Assembly: GCA_964562725.1 (NCBI GenBank)
Contig: CAZLUR010000001.1
Span: 34,301-98,300, forward strand
DNA length: 64,000 nt
Reading direction: 5' to 3'
DNA from: an uncultured Desulfohalobiaceae bacterium
GTDB lineage: Bacteria > Desulfobacterota > Desulfovibrionia > Desulfovibrionales > Desulfothermaceae
Shown piece by piece: positions 50,982 to 59,243 of this stretch (the first letter of the stretch is position 1; every line of letters starts with the position of its first letter). A program made the position numbers and the translations under genes. Under the pieces are notes generated by a model. It searched no databases, was not told the origin of the DNA, and was given only the letters and a program-made list of their open reading frames with translations.

Positions 50982-52325
50982 ATGCGACTGGTGATTATCG
51001 GAGGAGATGCTGCAGGCATGAGCGCGGCCAGTTTGGTCAAACGCAAAATGCCGGACTGGGAAATCACAGTCCTGGAAAAGACCAGGGATGTCTCCTTTAG
51101 TGCCTGAGCAATGCCCTATGTGATTGCTGCTCCCGGGAGGAGCATGCAGGAACTTGTGGTGCGCTCGGCAGATTTTTTTCAGGAAAAGCTGGGGCTGGAT
51201 CTCAGACTGGGTCAGGAAGTAAAAAAGATAGACCCCAGGGCCAAACAGGTCAAAGGCCTGGACTCGTCAGGCCGTACATTCTCCTGCAGCTATGATCGGT
51301 TGCTGATTGCCACTGGGGCTGATGCGATCAGACCTGATCTGCCTGGTATAGATCAGGAAGGGCTGTTTGTGCTTAAGCATCTGCAGCAGGGCAGATTGAT
51401 CCAAGAGCGTTTGGATTCTGGGCAGGTCAGGAAGGCAGTGATCTTGGGCATGGGCTATATAGCTATGGAGATGGCAGAGGCCTTGCGGCTAAGGGCCATA
51501 GAGGTAAATATGGTCAAGCCCCGGGCTGAAGTTCTGCCCTGGCTGCATCCGGCACTTTCCGAACTGGTCAAAAATGAGCTTAAGAATAATCAAGTGGGAC
51601 TCTACCCGGGATACCAGATTTTAGAGATTAAAAGCCATGAACACGGCCTGCAGGTTAAATGCGCACACGATCTGGTCCTGGAGGCTGATTTGGTCTTGGC
51701 AGCCACTGGTGTGTCCCCCAACAGCAACCTGGCTGCTGAGGCCGGGCTGGAGTTGGGCCCTGCCAGATCCATTGCCGTAGACAGCAGCATGCAGACCAGT
51801 GACCCCAATATTCTTGCGGCCGGGGACTGCGCAGATGCTTGGCATGTGGTCAGTGGACAAAAGACATGGATACCCTTGGCCCTGAGAGCGAATCGTTCCG
51901 GCAGAGCTGCTGCCCAGAATCTGCTCGGCAAGCAGGCCAAGCTGTCTGGGGTGGTTGGGAGCGCAGTATTTAAGGTCTTTGGCCTGGAAGTTGCCCGCAC
52001 AGGCCTTAGCTTCCAAGAGGCTGAGCAGTCCGGATTTAGCCCGGTCTCCATGCAGATAGAGGTCCCAAGCCGGGGACACGGCTATCCAGGCGCCAGCCCC
52101 CTGCGTGTCTGCCTTTTGGCAGACCAGGATTCAGCACGGCTCTTGGGCGCTCAAATCACAGGCCGTGAAGGGGCTGCTCACCGCATTAATGCTGCTGCAG
52201 TAGCCCTGCACAACCATATGAACCTGGCGGAATTTGCCCAAAGCGATCTGGCTTATGCCCCGCCTTTCGGTCCGGTCTGGGACCCGCTTATTGTTGCAGC
52301 CAATCAACTGCTCAAAAAATTTTGA
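50982..52325 (+). CDS. CoA-disulfide reductase / NADH oxidase family flavoprotein with in-frame UGA (predicted selenocysteine) at codon 42
   Basis: ATG 50982 (AGGAA upstream) encodes MRLVIIGGDAAGMSAASLVKRKMPDWEITVLEKTRDVSFSA, then TGA (51105-07), then AMPYVIA... in the same frame as track ORF 51111..52325. The TGA aligns with the catalytic Cys of the SFANC(A/G)LPY motif. The total of 447 codons fits the family size. Confidence 0.8.
51107..51144 (+). promoter_or_regulatory. Candidate bacterial SECIS region immediately 3' of the UGA
   Basis: Two adjacent hairpins read by eye: agcaat-gccctatgtg-attgct (51107-51128) and tgctcc-cggga-ggagca (51128-51144). The G-rich apical loop lies about 27-31 nt from the UGA. 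Not scored with any SECIS model. Confidence 0.35.
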
Positions 52326-52343
52326 ACCTGAGCAGCCCGCAGC

Positions 52344-52622
52344 TTAGCCCATAAGGTAATGTTTTTTTATGGGCTTGGTGATCTTCCAAGTACAGGACAA
52401 ACCTTGGGGAAAATTGACCAGATCACCCTGCTTTATGGTCACTGGCTGCCCGCCTTCCGGGGTCACAGTGACCTGGCCTTCTATTATATAGCAGGTTTCA
52501 GGTTGATCATAGCTCCAGGGGAATTCAGAGACTTCCTTTTCCCAGGTAGGCCAGGAGAAAATGTCCAGCTTATCCAGAGTCTCCTGGTCCGGATTGGAAG
52601 TGATCTTTATTTCTTTGGCCAT
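52344..52622 (-). CDS. Cupin domain protein (DUF861 / cupin_3-like)
   Basis: 92 aa with FSWPTWEKEVSEFPWSYDQPETCYIIEGQVTV.P.GG..V.I..GDLV.FP.G..C.W, typical of small single-domain cupins. Confidence 0.7.
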   Translation of the reverse strand: MAKEIKITSNPDQETLDKLDIFSWPTWEKEVSEFPWSYDQPETCYIIEGQVTVTPEGGQPVTIKQGDLVNFPQGLSCTWKITKPIKKHYLMG

Positions 52623-52647
52623 AATTCATCTCCTTTTGTAACTGTTC

Positions 52648-52656
52648 ATTATAGCA
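52648..52656 (-). promoter_or_regulatory. Candidate extended -10 promoter (TGCTATAAT) for the cupin gene
   Basis: Minus strand reads TGCTATAAT about 25 nt upstream of the AAGGAG Shine-Dalgarno and ATG 52622. The -35 element is poor. Confidence 0.35.
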
Positions 52657-52676
52657 ACAACATCTTATCCAGTGGC

Positions 52677-52720
52677 CCGGGGATTCGGCCAGCAGGAAGC
52701 CCTGTTGGCCGAATCCCCGG
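52677..52720. repeat. 44-nt inverted repeat (20-bp arms, 4-nt spacer) in the cupin / Mo-oxidoreductase divergent region
   Basis: ccggggattcggccagcagg-aagc-cctgttggccgaatccccgg, with one G:T position. Read directly from the sequence. Confidence 0.7.
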
Positions 52721-52925
52721 ACTTTGGCCTTACCAGTTCCGAAATTTTAAGCACAACAGGTGGTGAATAACTACCTCCTTTTTTTGTTTTGAATGGCTAA
52801 GGGGATAAATTGATTATAATCATTATACAGGCTGGAATTCAACCCTTTCATGAATTTTAGCGGCTTGGAAAGGATTTATTTGCAGGTGCACAAGATAGCA
52901 CTGACCAGCAATACAGGAGGCCTTA

Positions 52926-55025
52926 ATGGACGCCCAAAGGGTTAAGAGCATCTGTTTTGAATGTCATTGCAGGTGCGGAGTCCTGCTTAAGCTGCAAAAC
53001 AGCCGGCTAGTGGGGGTGAAAGGAGATAGAGATCATCCCATCAGCCGGGGCTATATCTGCCCTAAGGGGGCGGCTGCAGCCGAGATTGTTTACCATAGGC
53101 AGCGTATAACCAGGCCTATGCTCAAAACACAAAAAGGCTTTGAAACCGCTTCCTGGGACCGGGCTCTATCTATTATTGCTGAAAACATGGCTAAAGCCAG
53201 GGACAAGTATGGCCCTGAATCCATTGTCTTGGGGACAGGTACCACCAGGGGGATTGCTCCTTACCTGAATCGTTTTCTGTCAGTCTGGGGCTCGCCCAAC
53301 TTCATGGCCCCCTCCAATATGAGTGGAGGACCTATTGTTATGGGCAGTCTGGCTACAAGCGGGTTCGGCATGTCAGATCCTGATTTTGTCAATAGCCAAT
53401 GTATCCTGCTTTGGGCTCACAACCCGGAAAAATCCTGGCCCGGGCTGTATATGAACGATATACAGCAGGGCCTGGATCAAGGGGCCAGGCTCATCGTGGT
53501 GGATCCTCGGGGCACCGGCCCGGCCCGCAAGGCTGACCTCTGGCTGCAGATTCGGCCGGGCACGGATGTGGCCCTGGCGCTATGCTTTATACGTTGCATC
53601 ATTGAAAATAGATTGTATGACCAGGATTTTGTGCAGGAGTGGACCCAGGGCCTAGAGGCATTAGAGGAGCATGTTTCCAGGTATACTCCAGAAAAGACAG
53701 CAGATATCACCTGGATACCAGCCAAGCAGATTGAAGAGGCAGCCTGGATTTTTGCCCAAAACGGACCTGCAGCCATCGGTGCCGGCATGGGCGGGGTTTG
53801 TCAGGCCAATGACGCCTTTGATCTAAGCCGCGCCCTGACAATTTTAAGTGCGATCAGCGGCAACCTGGAAGTATCCGGAGGGAATCTGCGCTGTCCTTCT
53901 CCGCTTAGCAAGCGCAGCTGTTATGGTCCTGATCATGATCCGTTTTTTAATTTGCCCCGGGAACAGGCTCAGAAAAAATTAGGCCTGGACCGGTTTCCAT
54001 TGCTGGAGTTTATCCCTGTTCCTTGTCCGCCCCAGGCGGTCTGGCCAGCCATAGAGAAAGGCCAGCCCTATCCGGTCAGGGTTATGGGCCTTTTTGCCAA
54101 CAACAGTGTCTGTGCCTATCCCAACTCCATGCGGGTGCGGGATACCCTGCAAAAATTGGATTTTTTGTTTGCAGTGGACTATTTCCAGACCCCAACCACT
54201 GAACTGGCAGATGTGATCCTGCCTCCTGCGCATTGGACCGAGCGCGAGGATGTAGAGGATCTTTTGATGAAAAGCCATGTCTTTTGTCAGCGCAAGGCCC
54301 TGGAACCGGTTTTCGACTGCCGGGATGAAAAGCAGATCCTGATTGACCTGGCCCGGAAGATTGGCCTGAGCGGTTATTTCAGCACAGTGACTGAAATGCT
54401 GGATTATCGCTTGAAATATGCTAATATAAGTTTTGCTGAACTGAAACAAAAGGGCTGGCTGTTTGGCGGATTTAAGTACAAGAGCTACCTGGATAAGGGC
54501 AAATTTCGGACCCCAACCGGCAAGGTGGCACTTTATGCAGGCTATCTTCAAGCCCTGGGCATTCCAGCCTTGCCAGAGTTCTGTGAACCACCGGAAAGTC
54601 CTATCAGCAGACCGGATTTGTTCCAGGAATATCCTTTAGTGTTGACTACCGGGGCCAGATTGCTGGTCTATTACCATTCCTCGCACCGCAATATCGACTC
54701 TCTGAGGAAAAGGGTCCCTGACCCTGAATTGGAGATCCATCCTGATACAGCCCACAAGCTGCAAATATCAGATGGTGAATGGGTCTATCTGTCGTCTCCC
54801 CGGGGCCGGATAGAGATCAAGGCCAGCTTTTGCAAGGATATAGACCCCAGGGTAGTACACTCGCCGCACGGGTTCTGGTATGGAGTAAAAGACGGCTGGC
54901 AGCGGGTTAATATTAATGTACTCACTGATGACCAAAAACTATGTCCGGTTAGTGCCTCTGTATCCATCAAGGCCCTGCTCTGTCGGGTGGAAAAGAAGGC
55001 TGATCAAACAGATCAGAGATTCTGA
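52926..55025 (+). CDS. Molybdopterin-dependent oxidoreductase (MopB/DMSO-reductase superfamily), cytoplasmic, substrate unknown
   Basis: N-terminal 4Fe-4S motif CFEC-HCRC...YICPKG starts at residue 11 with no twin-arginine signal. Followed by a molybdopterin-binding core and a C-terminal MGD-binding beta-barrel; 699 aa. Confidence 0.85.
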   Translation: MDAQRVKSICFECHCRCGVLLKLQNSRLVGVKGDRDHPISRGYICPKGAAAAEIVYHRQRITRPMLKTQKGFETASWDRALSIIAENMAKARDKYGPESIVLGTGTTRGIAPYLNRFLSVWGSPNFMAPSNMSGGPIVMGSLATSGFGMSDPDFVNSQCILLWAHNPEKSWPGLYMNDIQQGLDQGARLIVVDPRGTGPARKADLWLQIRPGTDVALALCFIRCIIENRLYDQDFVQEWTQGLEALEEHVSRYTPEKTADITWIPAKQIEEAAWIFAQNGPAAIGAGMGGVCQANDAFDLSRALTILSAISGNLEVSGGNLRCPSPLSKRSCYGPDHDPFFNLPREQAQKKLGLDRFPLLEFIPVPCPPQAVWPAIEKGQPYPVRVMGLFANNSVCAYPNSMRVRDTLQKLDFLFAVDYFQTPTTELADVILPPAHWTEREDVEDLLMKSHVFCQRKALEPVFDCRDEKQILIDLARKIGLSGYFSTVTEMLDYRLKYANISFAELKQKGWLFGGFKYKSYLDKGKFRTPTGKVALYAGYLQALGIPALPEFCEPPESPISRPDLFQEYPLVLTTGARLLVYYHSSHRNIDSLRKRVPDPELEIHPDTAHKLQISDGEWVYLSSPRGRIEIKASFCKDIDPRVVHSPHGFWYGVKDGWQRVNINVLTDDQKLCPVSASVSIKALLCRVEKKADQTDQRF

Positions 55026-55033
55026 GCCAGGGG

Positions 55034-55549
55034 GTGTTTTTTATGCCCAAGAACATTGCAGCTATTTGCAGGTATGAACAGCCCTACAGCTCTGTGCAGC
55101 AGGCAGTAGAGCTTTGTGCAGGGCTAGAACATATGCCCAGGCAGGCCAAGGTCTTTATCAAGCCCAATATAGTATATTGGACCAGGGTCTGCGATTTTCC
55201 CAAGTGGGGTGTGATCATCACCTCCAGAGTGGTGCAGGACATGGTCCAGCTGCTTAAAGATCATGGTCTACAGAGCATTACCATCGGCGAAGGCATTGGG
55301 GGCAGGGCGGAGGTGCTCACAGGCAAAGCAATGCAGCCCAGCCCTGGCATGAAGCCTACCATCCTGCTGGGACAGTGCATGTACCAGAAGGACAAGGATA
55401 ACCCGGATATTCAGAAGATGTTGGCGGTCAAGGGCTGCCCTCCAGACCCTGGGCAAGTACAGCAGGCCTTGCACCAAGCAGGTATCGAGGTGGATCCCAG
55501 ATTGTTTAGCCAACTGGATACCCTGCCAGGCTTTTTCCTGAAGGGTTAA
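55034..55549 (+). CDS. DUF362-like protein, unusually short (possible gene remnant)
   Basis: VFIKPNIVYW...ITIGEGIGG resembles the DUF362 N terminus and KGCPP its C-terminal part, but the ORF is only 171 aa. The TAA stop is followed by 15 more in-frame sense codons. Confidence 0.5.
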   Translation: MFFMPKNIAAICRYEQPYSSVQQAVELCAGLEHMPRQAKVFIKPNIVYWTRVCDFPKWGVIITSRVVQDMVQLLKDHGLQSITIGEGIGGRAEVLTGKAMQPSPGMKPTILLGQCMYQKDKDNPDIQKMLAVKGCPPDPGQVQQALHQAGIEVDPRLFSQLDTLPGFFLKG

Positions 55550-55636
55550 CAGGACAAACCGGAGTTTAAGGCCTCGTTTTTTTCGGTACAGGAATAGACC
55601 TGAGTACCAGAGCCATATCCCAAGCCAATTCTAGAC

Positions 55637-56740
55637 TTATTTTGCCTTGTTGGTATGAACGCAGTATATGCCTTCACCGTTTAGAATCGGCTTGAAACAT
55701 TTGTTATCTGAAATGCAGGCTGCTGGTCGTTTGTCCCCGGATTGCCAACGCTGCACAAGTTCTGGTTCGCGAATAAGCGGCCTGGCCATGGAAATCAGAT
55801 CAGCCTTGCCTTGAGCTACCAGGTCTTCTGCCACATCCAGGGACCTAATGCCTCCGACCAGGATCAGGGGCAGGTTAACCTCTTGTTTGAACCTGGAAGC
55901 CTGTTCTGAGTAATATACCTCGTCTTGAGCATCATTTATGGGTGTGGTCCTGGGGGGGATATATTGTCCAGAATCCCTGGTTCCGCCGCTCATCTCTATA
56001 CCGTGTACGCCCTCTGCGGCCAGCATCTTGGATAAGGCCAGCATGTCCTGCACTGAAAACTCAGGAGACAAAAAATCTTGAGCGTTTAGCTTGATCAAAA
56101 CTGGGTATTCTGTACCAGCTCCCATTTTAATGGCCTGTATGACCTCCAGCAAGATTCTAGCCCGTCCCTGGATATCTCCTCCGTATTCGTCTTGGCGCTG
56201 ATTATAATAAGGGGACAAAAATTGACTCAGGCAGTAGCCATGGGCTGCATGGACCTGCACTGCATCAAAGCCAGCCTTCTTGGCCCGCATGGCAGCCAGG
56301 GCAAAAGACCTGACCAGAGTCTGGATCTCCAAGTGTTCCAGGCTGCGGCAGCTTAAGTCCTGATCCAATTGCCATTCGCTGGGTCCTACAGGTTGCTTTC
56401 CTGTCAGCTTGCTTGCAGCAAAGTAGCCGGCATGTGCAAGTTGGGCAGCAATCTTGCCTCCGGCCCGGTGCACTTTGCCCACCATATCCTTTAGATCGCG
56501 CAGCAGGTCATCATTGTGCAGACCCAGTTGCCATGGTCCAGCCTGGCCTTCTTGGCTTACATAAGCGTGGCTGCTGATTATCAGGCCTAAACCGCTCTGG
56601 GCCAGTCCTACATACATATCAGTCAATTCCTTGGTACAGGCACCATCATCCTGGGCCAGTCCTTCCCAGGTGGCGGAACGGACAAACCTATTGGCCAACT
56701 CCAATTTGCCCAGGTTCACGGGACTGAACACAGCGGTCAT
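55637..56740 (-). CDS. NADH:flavin oxidoreductase (Old Yellow Enzyme family)
   Basis: LANRFVRSAT, GFDAVQVHAAHGYCLSQFLSPYYNQRQDEYGG and a TIM-barrel FMN-binding pattern; 367 aa. Confidence 0.88.
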   Translation of the reverse strand: MTAVFSPVNLGKLELANRFVRSATWEGLAQDDGACTKELTDMYVGLAQSGLGLIISSHAYVSQEGQAGPWQLGLHNDDLLRDLKDMVGKVHRAGGKIAAQLAHAGYFAASKLTGKQPVGPSEWQLDQDLSCRSLEHLEIQTLVRSFALAAMRAKKAGFDAVQVHAAHGYCLSQFLSPYYNQRQDEYGGDIQGRARILLEVIQAIKMGAGTEYPVLIKLNAQDFLSPEFSVQDMLALSKMLAAEGVHGIEMSGGTRDSGQYIPPRTTPINDAQDEVYYSEQASRFKQEVNLPLILVGGIRSLDVAEDLVAQGKADLISMARPLIREPELVQRWQSGDKRPAACISDNKCFKPILNGEGIYCVHTNKAK

Positions 56741-57010
56741 AATATCCTCCTGAAATTTTTGCCTTGTTTTTAGGGTATTCAGTGCAACAAAGAAGGAATA
56801 TTAGCCTCTGAGCATGTTTCTTGTAAAGCTTGTCTGGCGGCATGAACCTATTTTTTTTATTAGAATGCCCTGTATATATAATTTGCATTGAGGCCAAAGA
56901 TGTGCAAACCTTATCAGAGTTCTGCACCCTGGAATTAAATAAAGCCATTCCCAGGGCTGCTGCCCTGGTGCGCTGGAGATTACAAGAGATTTTATGCGGA
57001 GGTAGCTGAT

Positions 57011-58858
57011 ATGAACCAGAATATTCAGAGATCCAATCGCTTGGCCCTGGAGAAAAGCCCATACTTACTGCAACATGCTAACAATCCTGTCTATTGGTAC
57101 CCCTGGGGGCAAGAGGCTTTTGAACTGGCCTTAAGTCAAGATAAGCCGATATTTTTGTCCATTGGCTACGCCACATGCCATTGGTGCCATGTCATGGCCA
57201 AGGAGTCCTTTGAGGACGAGGAGGTGGCAGAGCTCATCAACCAGACTTTTATCCCGGTCAAGGTGGACCGTGAGGAGCGGCCGGACATTGATGCAGTATA
57301 CATGAAAGCCTGCCACCTGGTTTCCGGTCATGGAGGTTGGCCCTTGACCGTTGTGCTCACCCCTTATAAAAAGCCTTTTTTCACAGCTACCTATATACCC
57401 AAAAAAGCGCGGCCGCCCCAGAATGGCCTTCTGGAAATCATACCTAAACTGGAGATGCTTTGGAAAAACGAACGCCAAAAAGTTTTGCAGATATCTGAAT
57501 CCATCGTACAGAATCTGCAGGAATCTGAATCCTCCGCCAAGGACGGAGTTCCTGATCAGAGCCTTTTGCAGCAGGCCGCAGAAGAGTTAAGGCAACGCTT
57601 CGATTTTGCAAACAGCGGTTTTGGAGAAGCACCCAAATTCCCTTCTGCTCATAACCATCTGTTTTTGCTGCAGTACTATGAGCAGTATCAGGAATCCGAT
57701 CTTTTGGAAATGGTGGAAAAGACCCTGCGCGCCATGCGCCTGGGCGGGCTTTTTGATCACCTGGGCTTTGGTTTCCACCGTTACTCCACTGATAAAAAAT
57801 GGCTGGTACCGCACTTTGAGAAAATGCTCTACGACCAGGCCATGTTGGCCCTGGCCTATTTAAGGGCCTTTGAGCTGACCAGGGATAATTTTTATGCCAC
57901 TACAGTCCGGGGGACCCTAGAGTATGTGCAGCGTGAACTGCTCTCAAAGCAGGGCGTATTTTATTCAGGCCAAGATGCGGATAGCGAGGGCGTGGAAGGC
58001 AAGTTCTACGTCTGGAAAGAGTCAGAGATCAAGGAACATTTATCCCAGGCTAAATCTGAATTGGCAATTTTGGCCTTTGGTATAAAAGAGCAGGGCAATT
58101 TTCAGGATGAGGCCACCAAGCAGAAGACTGGACAGAATATCCTGCATCGTTTGTCTATTCCGGAAAAGGAATTGGCTGCAAACCTGGGTCTGGGCCAGGA
58201 AGAGGTTGAAAAAAGCCTGGAGGAGGTGCGCAAGGAACTGCTTGCAGCCAGACAGGCCAGGCAGCCTCCGCAACTGGATGACAAAATCCTCACAGACTGG
58301 AACGGCTTGATGCTTGCTGCCCTGGCCGCGGCCGGCAGGATACTGCAAGATGCGCAGTACACTCAGGCTGCAATAAGCTCGGCACAATTTTTGATCAGCC
58401 GCATGCAGGACAAACAGGGCAGGCTGCTGCACCGCTACAAAGACGGCGAGGCCGCTATACCAGGCTTTTTAGACGACTATGCCTTTTTTGTCTGGGGCCT
58501 GCTGGAACTCTATCAGACCACAAATCAGCAGGAATACCTGCAGCAGGCCTCCAGGCTGACCCGGAGTATGCTAAAGCATTTCCAGGACCAAAAGCAAGGC
58601 GGGCTCTTTATGTGCGCGGATGATGCGGAGACAGTCCTGTACCGGCCCAAAGAGATCCTGGACGGGGCCATCCCTGCAGGCAATTCTGTGGCCTTAAACA
58701 ATCTGGTTTTGTTGTATAAGCTGGGCCAAGGCCAGGAATTCCGGGAGCAGGCCAAGGCATTGATCCAGGCCTGTTCTGGACTGGTGCAAAAGCACCCTTT
58801 AGGCTTTACCCACTTCCTGAGCGGCCTGGATAGTTTTTTGCGGCTTGAAAAAACATAA
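57011..58858 (+). CDS. Thioredoxin-domain protein, YyaL/DUF255 family (N-terminal Trx-like plus six-hairpin glycosidase-like domain)
   Basis: [37 protein letters not shown] and [11 protein letters not shown] closely match the YyaL family N terminus; 615 aa. Confidence 0.85.
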   Translation: MNQNIQRSNRLALEKSPYLLQHANNPVYWYPWGQEAFELALSQDKPIFLSIGYATCHWCHVMAKESFEDEEVAELINQTFIPVKVDREERPDIDAVYMKACHLVSGHGGWPLTVVLTPYKKPFFTATYIPKKARPPQNGLLEIIPKLEMLWKNERQKVLQISESIVQNLQESESSAKDGVPDQSLLQQAAEELRQRFDFANSGFGEAPKFPSAHNHLFLLQYYEQYQESDLLEMVEKTLRAMRLGGLFDHLGFGFHRYSTDKKWLVPHFEKMLYDQAMLALAYLRAFELTRDNFYATTVRGTLEYVQRELLSKQGVFYSGQDADSEGVEGKFYVWKESEIKEHLSQAKSELAILAFGIKEQGNFQDEATKQKTGQNILHRLSIPEKELAANLGLGQEEVEKSLEEVRKELLAARQARQPPQLDDKILTDWNGLMLAALAAAGRILQDAQYTQAAISSAQFLISRMQDKQGRLLHRYKDGEAAIPGFLDDYAFFVWGLLELYQTTNQQEYLQQASRLTRSMLKHFQDQKQGGLFMCADDAETVLYRPKEILDGAIPAGNSVALNNLVLLYKLGQGQEFREQAKALIQACSGLVQKHPLGFTHFLSGLDSFLRLEKT

Positions 58859-58870
58859 GGGGCCTAATCA

Positions 58871-59218
58871 ATGGGAGAGCTGATTCAGATCAGGGTCAGT
58901 GCAGGCACATTGTACCCGGAAAAAGCCCTGCAACGGTGGCCCAAACTGGCCAAACTGGCCTTTGGCGCTCTGGAGGATAGAGATTTGGAGCAAAGAGAGC
59001 TTGTGCAGATGCTAATTGATGCCCTGCAGGACAGGATGCAAACGGCCCAGCTGCCTGAAGACCTGGACCAGTCCCTTTTTCAGGACATAGCCCAAGCTTA
59101 CTTTTTGAAGAAAAGACTTATTTATTTCCTTGGCCAGTGGAACGCTAGGGAAGCAGATAAGACTGCTTACCAGATTGAAGATCAGCTGGATGCCATGGAG
59201 GACAAACTATTGGCTTAG
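58871..59218 (+). CDS. Hypothetical acidic helical protein
   Basis: A 115-aa ORF 12 nt after yyaL-like with AAGGGG upstream. No recognisable motif. Confidence 0.45.
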   Translation: MGELIQIRVSAGTLYPEKALQRWPKLAKLAFGALEDRDLEQRELVQMLIDALQDRMQTAQLPEDLDQSLFQDIAQAYFLKKRLIYFLGQWNAREADKTAYQIEDQLDAMEDKLLA

Positions 59219-59243
59219 GCTGTCGATACTTGCGCACTTGGAG

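Noticed and set aside
51111-52325. Taking the track ORF start (ATG 51111) as the true start of the flavoprotein
   Set aside because: That start would remove the N-terminal GxGxxG FAD fold and the active-site residue. Both are encoded in the same frame upstream, interrupted only by a TGA at the catalytic-Cys position.
52760-52925. Possible Moco riboswitch upstream of the molybdopterin oxidoreductase
   Set aside because: I could not recognise the conserved Moco-motif helices or sequence blocks by eye, so it would need an Infernal scan. It is kept only as a suggested check.
56688-57062. 124-aa minus-strand ORF spanning the OYE / yyaL-like intergenic region
   Set aside because: It overlaps the starts of two well-supported genes and has no motif. 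The imperfect hairpins in 56940-56990 were too weak to report.
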